Source of the DNA: an uncultured Gemmatimonadaceae bacterium
GTDB taxonomy: Bacteria; Gemmatimonadota; Gemmatimonadetes; Gemmatimonadales; Gemmatimonadaceae
Direction of reading: 5' to 3'
Assembly (NCBI GenBank): GCA_963822945.1
Contig: CAWGJO010000027.1
Span: 96,001-160,000 of the forward strand
Length of the DNA: 64,000 nt
Position 1 is the first letter of the stretch. The number at the start of each line of letters is the position of its first letter. Under the pieces are notes generated by a model, which saw nothing but the letters and a program-made list of their open reading frames with translations, was not told where the DNA came from and did no database searches. Positions 25,892-34,764 of this stretch are shown here, one piece after another. The position numbers were made by a program, and so were the translations under genes.

Positions 25892-27399
25892 TTCGTAGTC
25901 CCCAATTCAGTTGGATGCCGCCGGCTCAACAGTTCGAGCACCTGGTCGGCCGCCGCCACACCCGACCGCACGCAGTCGGGAATGCCGACGCCACCGAAGG
26001 CAGCGCCCGCCACCGCCAGGCCAGGATTCCGGGCTGCCTGCGCCCGGATGCCGGCCACGCGGTCCAGATGTCCCACGTGATACTGCGGCATCGCCCGGTC
26101 GTAGCGATTGACGCGCATCAACTCCGGATCGGCGGTGATGCCCATGACTTCGCGCATCTCCGTGCGCACCACGTCGAGCAGTTCGTCGTCCGTGCGCTCC
26201 ACGAACGAGCCGCGACCGGCGCCGCCGAGGAACAGGCGAAAGAGCGAGTGGCCGGCGGGCGACCTGCCCTCGAATTTACTCGAAACCCAGGTGCAGGCGA
26301 GCACCGGCCGCTGCTGGATACGGGGAACCACGTAGCCGGTGGCGTCGAGGGCACGGGGAACGGCCGACTCGGGATAGGCCACCGAGATGGTGACGGTGGA
26401 GGCGTATTCGATGCCCCGCAGCGCCGACGCCAGCTCCTCGTCCACCGATCGAATGATCGACGCCGAGTGATAGGCCGGGGCGGCCAGGATCACCGCATCC
26501 ACGGTGAGCACCTCGCCGTTGGCGAGCGTGATCACGAACTCCGGCGCCGTGTCGTGACCGGTGCCTACGCGTTCCACCCGCTCGGCGCGGGCACCGGTGC
26601 GGATGACGGCGTTCCGCCCCGCGGGGTCGCGGCGCCGGACTTCGCGCTGGATCCCGTCGATCAACTCTTCGAGCCCACCGGGCAGCGAGATGAATCCGAA
26701 GGCCGGTTGGCGCGGCGGCTGGCCGGGCGCGGCGGCGCCGGGCGTGGCACCGGCCACCTTCCTCGCTTCGCGCTGCCTGCGCTTGGTGGCCAGCATCCCC
26801 TTCACCAGTCCGCCGTGCTCGCGTTCGTAGGCGCGCAACTGGGGGAACATCGCCTCCATGCTCAGCTTGGCGCCGTCGCCGGCCGAGATGCCGCTGAGCA
26901 GGGGCTCCACCAGGCGCTCGTACATCTCGCGTCCCAGCCGCCGGGTCACGAAGCTCTCGATGGATTCGTCGGGCGCGTTCCGGCGCGGCGGGATGAAGTA
27001 CTCCATTCCCACCCGCAGCTTGCCCAGCGGCGACACGAGCGGCGTGGTGGCGAAGGGCGTGAAGCGCGAGGGCACTAGGCCGGTGAGCCCGTCGGGCATC
27101 GGGAAGAGCCGCTTGCCGCTGAGGATATACGAACCCTTGACCGACGGGTTGGTGCCGTGCAGGCGCTCGCCGAGCCCCACGCGCTTGGCGAGTTCCACGG
27201 CGGCAGGCTTCGCGGCAAGGATCACGTCGGGACCCGCTTCCATGAGGAAGCCGCCCGAACGTTCGGTGCGGATGTGGCCGCCCAGCCGGGGCGCCGCTTC
27301 GAGGAGCGTGACCTGCACCGACGGGGCCACCCGTGTGAGTTGCTCCAGCGCCGTCAGCCCACTGATTCCGCCGCCGATGATGGCGACGCGAGCGGTCAT
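25888..27399 (-). CDS. hemY: Protoporphyrinogen/coproporphyrinogen oxidase, HemY family
   Basis: GGGISGL FAD motif, EAGPD, MPQYHVGH, GVGIPDC. Confidence 0.93.
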   Translation of the reverse strand: MTARVAIIGGGISGLTALEQLTRVAPSVQVTLLEAAPRLGGHIRTERSGGFLMEAGPDVILAAKPAAVELAKRVGLGERLHGTNPSVKGSYILSGKRLFPMPDGLTGLVPSRFTPFATTPLVSPLGKLRVGMEYFIPPRRNAPDESIESFVTRRLGREMYERLVEPLLSGISAGDGAKLSMEAMFPQLRAYEREHGGLVKGMLATKRRQREARKVAGATPGAAAPGQPPRQPAFGFISLPGGLEELIDGIQREVRRRDPAGRNAVIRTGARAERVERVGTGHDTAPEFVITLANGEVLTVDAVILAAPAYHSASIIRSVDEELASALRGIEYASTVTISVAYPESAVPRALDATGYVVPRIQQRPVLACTWVSSKFEGRSPAGHSLFRLFLGGAGRGSFVERTDDELLDVVRTEMREVMGITADPELMRVNRYDRAMPQYHVGHLDRVAGIRAQAARNPGLAVAGAAFGGVGIPDCVRSGVAAADQVLELLSRRHPTELGTTN

Positions 27400-28793
27400 T
27401 GCTTCAATCCGAAGAGGTGCCGGACGGCCATCGCATAGCCGGCCACCTGTCCGTTGCGCGCCTCCTGGCGCAGCCGCTGCATGGGCTCATGGAACAGCCG
27501 GTTCACCAACGACTCGGAGAACGCTTCGATGTGCCGGCGGTCGTCGTCGCCGAGGTGCGCGAACTGCCGGCGCGCGCGGTCGAGCGCGGCCCGGCGCACG
27601 GCGTCGGTGTGGCCGCGCAGGTCGGCGATGAGCGGCTGCACGTCGAGCTGCTGCAGGGCGGCGATGCACTGCCTGGCCTCCTCCTCCACCACAGCCTCCA
27701 CGCGCGGCACCTCGGCTTCACGCTCGTGCAATCCTTCCTCGATGCGCTGCTCGAGTACATCGAGGTCGGTGTACGTCACGTTGGGCACCGTGCGCACTTC
27801 GGGATCGATGTCGCGCGGCACGGCGATGTCGATGAGGAGCATCGGCCGGTCGGGACGGAGCGACATCGACGTGGAGATCATGTCGCGCGTGATCACGTGG
27901 TGCGGGGCGGACGTGGAACTGATCACCACGTCGGCGCCGTCGAGGGCGTCCTGCAGACGTTCGAGCGGAACCGGGCGTCCGCCGACATGCGCGCTGAGGC
28001 GGTCGGCGTGCTCACGGGTGCGGCTCACGACGGAGATGTCATTCACTCCCCGGTAGTGTAGCGCGGACACGGCCAATTCCGCCATCTCACCGGCACCCAC
28101 CACCACCACCGACGCGGACTGGAGATCGGCGAGCGCCGCGCCGGCCAGCTTGACCGCCACCGAACTCACGGTGGTGGGGTTGCGGCTGATACCGGTTTCC
28201 GAGCGCGCCCGGCGGCCCGCCCGGATGGCGCCGCGGAAGAGCGTGGACATCATGTGGCCGGCGGCGCCGTGCGCGGATGCCGTGGCGAACGCCTCGGACA
28301 CCTGCCCCAGGATCTGCGGCTCGCCGATGACCATCGATTCGAGGCCGGCGGTGGTGCGGCACAGATGCCGGACCGCGTCGTCGCCCGCGAGCACGTAGGC
28401 CACGGGCTCCAACTCGGCCCGCGATACCCCGGTGGTCTCCTCGATGAGGGCGAACACCGCCTGCCCCGCCTGCTTGCCACCGGCGGCGTACAGCTCCAGC
28501 CGGTTGCAGGTGGAGAGCACGACCATCTCGCTGATGGCGGATGGGCGCGCCGCGTCGCCGCATCCGAAGCGCGAGAGCGCGGTCTCGATGGCGGATTCGG
28601 GGACGGCCAGCCGCTCGCGCAGCGCCAGCGGCGCGGTGCGGAAGGAGATCCCCACACACAGGAGTCCGCCCTCGGACGGGTGGGCGCGCGGAGCGCCCGC
28701 CGGGTGCTCGCCGGATTCGACGAGCGCCAGCGGGCGGGCGGTCTCTGCAGATTCGTGGGGGAGTTCGGTTTCGTGAAGAGCGGTGGCGCTCAT
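27396..28793 (-). CDS. hemA: Glutamyl-tRNA reductase
   Basis: STCNRLE, GLESMVIGEPQILGQV, GAGEM, DIAVPRD. Confidence 0.96.
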   Translation of the reverse strand: MSATALHETELPHESAETARPLALVESGEHPAGAPRAHPSEGGLLCVGISFRTAPLALRERLAVPESAIETALSRFGCGDAARPSAISEMVVLSTCNRLELYAAGGKQAGQAVFALIEETTGVSRAELEPVAYVLAGDDAVRHLCRTTAGLESMVIGEPQILGQVSEAFATASAHGAAGHMMSTLFRGAIRAGRRARSETGISRNPTTVSSVAVKLAGAALADLQSASVVVVGAGEMAELAVSALHYRGVNDISVVSRTREHADRLSAHVGGRPVPLERLQDALDGADVVISSTSAPHHVITRDMISTSMSLRPDRPMLLIDIAVPRDIDPEVRTVPNVTYTDLDVLEQRIEEGLHEREAEVPRVEAVVEEEARQCIAALQQLDVQPLIADLRGHTDAVRRAALDRARRQFAHLGDDDRRHIEAFSESLVNRLFHEPMQRLRQEARNGQVAGYAMAVRHLFGLKQ

Positions 28794-30067
28794 GCGGCGC
28801 TCCCGTTCACGAATGCCTCCACGTCGGCCACCGGGAGATTCCGGCGGTAGCGTGCTTCGAAATATTCAGTCACCGGTTCCGCCTCCCCGCGCTCCACCAT
28901 CGCCGCGTACTTCCGCGGGATGTGCGCGCAGAACGGTTCGGATTCCATGAAATCACCCGTCATCCCGTAGGCACGAGCGCGGCTGCCCCCGCAGACCTTG
29001 AGATACTCGCACACACCGCACTTGCCCTTGATGTCCTCACGGTGACGGAGCTGGGTGAAGATGGGAGATTCGCGATACACCTGCACCAGATCGTCGTTCC
29101 GGATGTTGCCGGCCACGAGGGGCAGGAAGCCCGACGGCATGATCTCGCCCGTGTGGCTGATGAACATGAAGCCGTCGCCGTCGTTCACGCTGCGCGCGCG
29201 GCCGATGCCGTCGGAGAGCGAGAACATCACGCCGCCCGTCATCACGTCGGGCTTCTCCTCGCGCGACCCGGCGCGGCGCTCGGCCACCTGGCGCTCCATG
29301 ATCACGCGCGAGTACTGCGGCGCGGCGGTGGCCTTGATGTCGAAGGGCGCCGTCTTGGACAGGTCGTACATCTTGTTGAAGATCTTCTCGTACTCCTCGG
29401 CGCTCGCCACATCGCCCGGCTTGGCGCGGCCCGTGGGGACGAGGAAGAAGACCTCCCAGAACACGATCCCCAGCCGCTCCATGAGCGCCGCCAGGTTGTC
29501 GAAGTCGTCGATGTTGTGACGCGCGATGACCGTGTTCACCTGCGTGGAGAGCCCGATGCGCCGCGACTCTTCAAGAATGCGCATGCCCCAATCGAACGAG
29601 CCGTCCACTCGGCGAAACGCGTCGTGGATTTCAGGGGTGGAGCCGTCGAGGCTCACGGCAAGCCGGGAGAGGCCTGCGTTCTTGAAGTTCTGGATCGCTT
29701 CGGGGGTTGCCAGAGGCGTGGTGGCCGGCGTGACGCCCATGCGCAGGCCCAGCTTGAAGCCGTAGTCCACGAGATCGAACACGTCGGGACGCTTGAGACA
29801 GTCGCCACCGCTCATCACGAACACCACGTTGCCGAATTCGCGGATCTTGCGGAGCATCGCCTTGGCTTCGTCGGTGCTGAGCTCGGCGGGGTTCCGGTAG
29901 GGCACGGCCTCGGCGCGACAGTGGCGGCAAGCCAGGTCGCAGGCGCGGGTCGTTTCCCAGATCACCACGAAGGGTGACTTGTTGAAGTCGAAGTCGGCGA
30001 TGCCGGCGCGCCCCTTTCCGGCGGGATGCCCGTTGCCATGGCCCTGATGTGGGTGCATCTGACCCAT
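28790..30067 (-). CDS. Radical SAM/SPASM protein (TIGR04053-like, AhbD/NirJ-related)
   Basis: WETTRACDLACRHCRA CxxxCxxC, SLDG, HDAFR, C-terminal CxxCxxxxxCGGSRARA. Confidence 0.88.
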   Translation of the reverse strand: MGQMHPHQGHGNGHPAGKGRAGIADFDFNKSPFVVIWETTRACDLACRHCRAEAVPYRNPAELSTDEAKAMLRKIREFGNVVFVMSGGDCLKRPDVFDLVDYGFKLGLRMGVTPATTPLATPEAIQNFKNAGLSRLAVSLDGSTPEIHDAFRRVDGSFDWGMRILEESRRIGLSTQVNTVIARHNIDDFDNLAALMERLGIVFWEVFFLVPTGRAKPGDVASAEEYEKIFNKMYDLSKTAPFDIKATAAPQYSRVIMERQVAERRAGSREEKPDVMTGGVMFSLSDGIGRARSVNDGDGFMFISHTGEIMPSGFLPLVAGNIRNDDLVQVYRESPIFTQLRHREDIKGKCGVCEYLKVCGGSRARAYGMTGDFMESEPFCAHIPRKYAAMVERGEAEPVTEYFEARYRRNLPVADVEAFVNGSAA

Positions 30068-30436
30068 CTCCTCGGTGAATAACCCGATGTCCGACAGCGT
30101 GTTGCCGCCGGACGGGGACAGAATGCCAAAGGGGGGGCCCGGACGGTGTCGGGGGATGGAGGAAACGGTTGGTGGGGACGACTACGGAGGTGTAGGGAAA
30201 TCCCCGACGCTGGCAGATTTGCGGTAGATGGCCGGCTTTTCCGGTCCTGCGGCCTGATGCGTTGCGCAAGCCGCCCCCTATTCCTGCGGCCGCGTGATCT
30301 CCTGGGGCACTTCGATGTCCGCCGCGGCCTGCTCACAACCGGAGCGTTCCGGGCGGATGGGATCGTCGAGCGAAGCCGTGAGAATCTCAACCCCCTCCAC
30401 CCGGAACGCCGCGGCCGGATCGGGCCTCAGACCGGC

Positions 30437-30886
30437 TCATGCCAGAACGAACACCTCCCCGCACCGATTGCACATGAATGACTGCTCCCAGCGAGCGTAG
30501 AGCCCGGGCCACTCCTCCTTGTTCCACTGAAAGCCCTTGAGCGCGAAGCGCCCGGCCAGCACCGTGGCGCCCAGCAACAACAGGCTGCCCAGGGAAATGG
30601 GAAAGAAGCTGGAGAGCGTCCAGATTCCCATGATGACGGCCGCGATGCTCCACAGGATCGCGTGCTTCTTGCCTGGAGGCGACGCTTCTTTCGAGAGCGC
30701 GGTCTGCTGCTTGCCGGTCGTGGTCGCCGACCCGCGGCCGGACCCGAAGGCCACCCCACCACCGCCCACCGCCATCCCCGATCCTGCGGACTGCGTCCTG
30801 GTCGTGATGATGGAAAGACCTTCCTTGTAGATCATCGACAGCTTCCGCACCTCACCCGAGGTGCACTTTGGACATGCGAGTTCCAT
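30437..30886 (-). CDS. Hypothetical membrane protein with split zinc ribbon (CxxC...two TM...CxxC)
   Basis: N-terminal CPKC, C-terminal CNRC, hydrophobic hairpin between; GGAGG RBS. Confidence 0.75.
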   Translation of the reverse strand: MELACPKCTSGEVRKLSMIYKEGLSIITTRTQSAGSGMAVGGGGVAFGSGRGSATTTGKQQTALSKEASPPGKKHAILWSIAAVIMGIWTLSSFFPISLGSLLLLGATVLAGRFALKGFQWNKEEWPGLYARWEQSFMCNRCGEVFVLA

Positions 30887-30897
30887 GGGAGCCTCCC

Positions 30898-31371
30898 TCA
30901 GTAAGTGACGTCGATCTTGCCGTTGGTGACGACCTTCGTGGTCGTGGGCACGGGAGAACCCGTGAACCCGGGCGCGCTGAAGCTGAACGTGCCCACGATG
31001 TGATTCGCCGTGCGGGACGTGATGATCACGGAGCCACTGCCCTGGATTGCGCTGGCCGCCCAGCTCTCCGAGCCGTTCAGCGAAAGGGTGAAGTTGGTGA
31101 TGAGCTGCTGCTGGGATATGGCGTACGTGCCGGGTCCCTGGTCGGGGAACGCCATGCCGATGGTCAGACCAGAGGCATCGGCTGCGCCGATCGAGAGGAC
31201 TCCGTTGGCGGACCTGACGGTGCTGGCTACCGCCGTCCAGTGGGCGCCGTCGATATCCGCGCTCAGCCCCCCGTTGCCGCCGCCGGACGGGCTGGTGGTG
31301 CTGCTGCCGCCGCACGCGGCGAGCAGGAAAAGTCCGGCTGATACCGTCAGCCGGATGAGGTTGCGCTGCAT
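30898..31371 (-). CDS. Hypothetical beta-rich lipoprotein (DUF6252-like)
   Basis: Lipobox LAAC, Ser/Gly linker, IVGTFSF...VTNGKI; GGAGG RBS. Confidence 0.75.
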   Translation of the reverse strand: MQRNLIRLTVSAGLFLLAACGGSSTTSPSGGGNGGLSADIDGAHWTAVASTVRSANGVLSIGAADASGLTIGMAFPDQGPGTYAISQQQLITNFTLSLNGSESWAASAIQGSGSVIITSRTANHIVGTFSFSAPGFTGSPVPTTTKVVTNGKIDVTY

Positions 31372-31524
31372 GGACTTGCCCTCCGAAAGGGGTGGTGAGG
31401 AGCCGTGGCCCGTAGCGGTTCCGCTTGGCGGGCGCGGGACGGGGGCGCATCTTGGGGGCACACCGCTCCAACTCAGGTGGTGGTGAATCACTCCGCATTG
31501 CGCGGAAACCCCGGAAAAACCGTC

Positions 31525-32091
31525 ATGCCATCTGCGGCCAAGTCCCATCCGGGAGAAGATCCGCCTCCGTTGCCCGTCGAAGGCCGAGAGGGGCTCGACC
31601 GGCTCTTCAGCGCGACCTACGAAGAGTTGCGACGCCTGGCCGCGCGGGTTCGCTCCGGCGATCCCGGCGCCACGTTCACTCCCACCACGCTGGTCAACGA
31701 AGCGTGGCTCAAGTTGGCAGCGAGCCCCAACGTCGGTTTCGAGTCGCGGCTGCATTTCCGCCGCATTGCCGCTCGCGCCATGCGCCAGGTCCTGGTGGAG
31801 GCCGCGCGCCGCCGACATTCCCAGAAGCGGGGAGCGGGTTCGGTCGTGGTGACGTTCGATGAATCCCTGGACGCTCCCGCCAGCACCGCGCGCGACGTTC
31901 TGGGTCTCGACGCCGCGCTCGACACGTTGGCCCAGATCAGCCCGCGGCAGGCCGCCATCGTCGAGCAGCGCTTCTTCGGCGGGCTGAGCGTGGCGGAAAC
32001 CGCCGAGTTGCTCGATATCTCCGACGCCACCGTCTTGCGCGACTGGCGCCTGGCCCGCGCCTGGCTCGCCCGCGAACTGCGCAACTTCTGA
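31525..32091 (+). CDS. ECF sigma factor, kinase-associated type (TIGR02999-like)
   Basis: YEELRRLA, TPTTLVNEAWLKL, AMRQVLVEAAR, RFFGGLS, RDWRLARAWL. Confidence 0.92.
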   Translation: MPSAAKSHPGEDPPPLPVEGREGLDRLFSATYEELRRLAARVRSGDPGATFTPTTLVNEAWLKLAASPNVGFESRLHFRRIAARAMRQVLVEAARRRHSQKRGAGSVVVTFDESLDAPASTARDVLGLDAALDTLAQISPRQAAIVEQRFFGGLSVAETAELLDISDATVLRDWRLARAWLARELRNF

Positions 32092-32095
32092 CCCC

Positions 32096-34750
32096 GTGGA
32101 CGCCCATCGGTGGGACCGGATCCAGGAGTTGTTTCACGCTGCGGCCGACCTTCCCCGGGGCGAACGCGAGGCCTGGCTCCGCACCGCCTGCAGCGACGAC
32201 CGGGACCTCCTCGCGGACGTGCTCGCCCTGCTGGCCGAGGATGACCGCGACGGCACGATTCTGGACGAGGAGCTCGCCGTTGTGGCCGAGCGCACCCTGG
32301 AGCCCGGAATACCGCCGGCCCTGCTCGACCAGCGGTTCGGACCGTGGCGCATCGTGCGGGTGCTGGGCGAAGGCGGGATGGGCGTGGTGTACCTGGCCCG
32401 GCGGGACGATCTCGGGAGCCTGGCGGCGGTCAAGATCCTCCGGGACGCGTGGCTCTCACCCGCCCGGCGCGAGCGCTTTGCCGCAGAGCAACGGACCCTC
32501 GCGCGGTTGAACCACCCGTCCATCGCGCAGCTCTACGACGCGAACACCCTTCCGGACGGCACGCCCTGGTTCGTCATGGAGTACGTGGATGGATCCACGC
32601 TCACCGACTACTGCGCCCACCACGCCGCTTCCGTGGCCGAGCGTCTCCGGCTCTTCCGCGCCGTGTGCGATGCGGTGCAACACGCGCACCAGCACCTCGT
32701 CATTCATCGCGACCTGAAGCCCTCCAACGTGGTGGTCAAGGCGGACGGGAGCCTCAAGCTGCTGGATTTTGGCATTGCCAAGCAGCTCGACGCACTGGAC
32801 GATCCGGCCGATCAGACGCGGACGGACATCCGCTTCATGACCCCGGCCTACGCGGCACCCGAACAGATCCGCGGTGAGCCCGTTGGTGTGCACACCGACA
32901 TCTACTCGCTCGGCGTCATTCTCTACGAACTACTCGTCGGGCGCCTGCCGTTCGATTTCGCGCACCGAACGCTGGCCGATGTCGAGCGCACGATCACGGA
33001 GCGTGAGCCGGAACGCCCCTCGGCGGCAGCGTCGCGCATGCGCCGCCTGCAGGGCGAGGCCCGCGGCGCGGTCTCAGCCGGCCGCTCGGCCTGGGCCGAC
33101 CTCGACGTGCTCTGCCTCACCGCCATGCACAAGGATCCCGCCCGCCGGTACCGTTCGGTGGAAGCGCTGATTCGCGACCTGGACCATTTCATGGCCGGCG
33201 AGCCGTTGGAGGCGCGGCCGGATACCTGGAGCTACCGGCTCGGAAAGTTCTCGCGGCGCAACTGGCGACCGCTGGCGGCCGCCGGAATCGTGTTGACGAT
33301 GGTGGTCGGACTGGTGGCCTTCTATACATATCGTCTCGCGTCCGCCCGCAACAACGCGGTGACCGAAGCGGCCCGCACCACGCGGATTCAGGAATTCATG
33401 CTGAGCCTGTTCAGCGGTGGCGAGGCCGATGTCGGACCCGCCGACACGCTTCGGGTGATCACGCTGGTAGACCGTGGACTGCGAGAGGCCAAGGCCCTGG
33501 AGGGAGACACATCGACGCAGGCGCAGCTCTACGAGACCCTGGGCGGGGTCTACCAGCAGCTGGGCAAGCTGGGGCGAGCCGATACCCTGCTCCAGGCCGC
33601 CCTCGCCGAACGGCGGGCGTTCTACCGAGGCGACAGTCACGAGACCGCGCAGAGCCTGGTCGCCCTCGGCCTGCTCCGGCAGGCTCAGGCCGAATACGAG
33701 GAGAGCGAGCGGCTGATCCGGCAAGGTCTGGCGATGCAGCAGCGGATCTCGCCGCTGGACGGCGCCGCCGTCGCCCGGGCGGAGACCGCACTTGGCGAAG
33801 TGCTGCAGGCGCGCGGCGACTATGACGCCGCCATTCCCCTGCTCGAAGTGTCGGTCCGGTTGCTCTCCGCAGACAGTGGAACCGACCTGTCCACGGCGCT
33901 CACCGACCTGGCCAACACCCACTTTTACGCCGGCCACTACGGCGTAGCCGACAGCCTCAACCGGCTGGTGCTCGCCATGGATCGCCGGCTGTACGGCCCG
34001 CGCCACCCGAATGTCGGCGAGGATCTGGTCAACCTCGGCGCCATCGACGCCGAGGCGGGACGATCCGTCCAGGCGGAGGCGTTCTACCGCCAGGCCATCG
34101 ATATCCTGAGCGCCTGGTACGGCAATGACAACCCGGAAACGGCATCGGTGCTCACCATGCTGGGGCGCGTCATGGTGGGTCAGAAGCGCTACGACGAGGC
34201 GGGCGATATCCTGCAGCGGGCGCTGGCGATTCAGGAACGAGTATACGGCCCGGTACATCCGCGGGTCGCGTCCGCACTGAACGAGTTGGGCAAGCTGGCG
34301 GAGCAGCGCGGTGACCTCGACGGAGCCGCCGCCGACTTTCGCCGGATGGCCGACATCTACCGCCGCGTATATGGGGGTCACCACTATCTGCTGGGGATCG
34401 CGCTGTCCAACCTGGCAGGGGTCGAGCAGCGGCGGAAGCAGTACGCCCGGGCGGAAGAGCTCTTCCGACAGGTAATCCGGCTATACAGCGAGGTGCTGAG
34501 TCCGGAGCACCAACTCATGGGGATCGCCCGGGTACGACTTGGGGCCGTGCTCGAGGACGAACACCGGTACTCCGATGCCCTGACCGAGAGCCGCGAAGGC
34601 TACCGCATCCTGACGGCGCAAGCGTCGCCGCCGCGCGACTGGGTGGAAACGGCGCGCAAGCACATTGCCGATGACTACGACGCCCTAGGGCAGCGCGACG
34701 AAGCCGCGCGGTTCCGCACGGCACTGACGGACTCCGCCGCCCATCGTTGA
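32096..34750 (+). CDS. Membrane serine/threonine protein kinase with TPR repeats
   Basis: GEGGMG, HRDLKPSN, DFG, TPAYAAPE, one TM, kinesin-light-chain-like TPRs. Confidence 0.94.
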   Translation: MDAHRWDRIQELFHAAADLPRGEREAWLRTACSDDRDLLADVLALLAEDDRDGTILDEELAVVAERTLEPGIPPALLDQRFGPWRIVRVLGEGGMGVVYLARRDDLGSLAAVKILRDAWLSPARRERFAAEQRTLARLNHPSIAQLYDANTLPDGTPWFVMEYVDGSTLTDYCAHHAASVAERLRLFRAVCDAVQHAHQHLVIHRDLKPSNVVVKADGSLKLLDFGIAKQLDALDDPADQTRTDIRFMTPAYAAPEQIRGEPVGVHTDIYSLGVILYELLVGRLPFDFAHRTLADVERTITEREPERPSAAASRMRRLQGEARGAVSAGRSAWADLDVLCLTAMHKDPARRYRSVEALIRDLDHFMAGEPLEARPDTWSYRLGKFSRRNWRPLAAAGIVLTMVVGLVAFYTYRLASARNNAVTEAARTTRIQEFMLSLFSGGEADVGPADTLRVITLVDRGLREAKALEGDTSTQAQLYETLGGVYQQLGKLGRADTLLQAALAERRAFYRGDSHETAQSLVALGLLRQAQAEYEESERLIRQGLAMQQRISPLDGAAVARAETALGEVLQARGDYDAAIPLLEVSVRLLSADSGTDLSTALTDLANTHFYAGHYGVADSLNRLVLAMDRRLYGPRHPNVGEDLVNLGAIDAEAGRSVQAEAFYRQAIDILSAWYGNDNPETASVLTMLGRVMVGQKRYDEAGDILQRALAIQERVYGPVHPRVASALNELGKLAEQRGDLDGAAADFRRMADIYRRVYGGHHYLLGIALSNLAGVEQRRKQYARAEELFRQVIRLYSEVLSPEHQLMGIARVRLGAVLEDEHRYSDALTESREGYRILTAQASPPRDWVETARKHIADDYDALGQRDEAARFRTALTDSAAHR

Positions 34751-34764
34751 GGGCCCCTCCCGGC

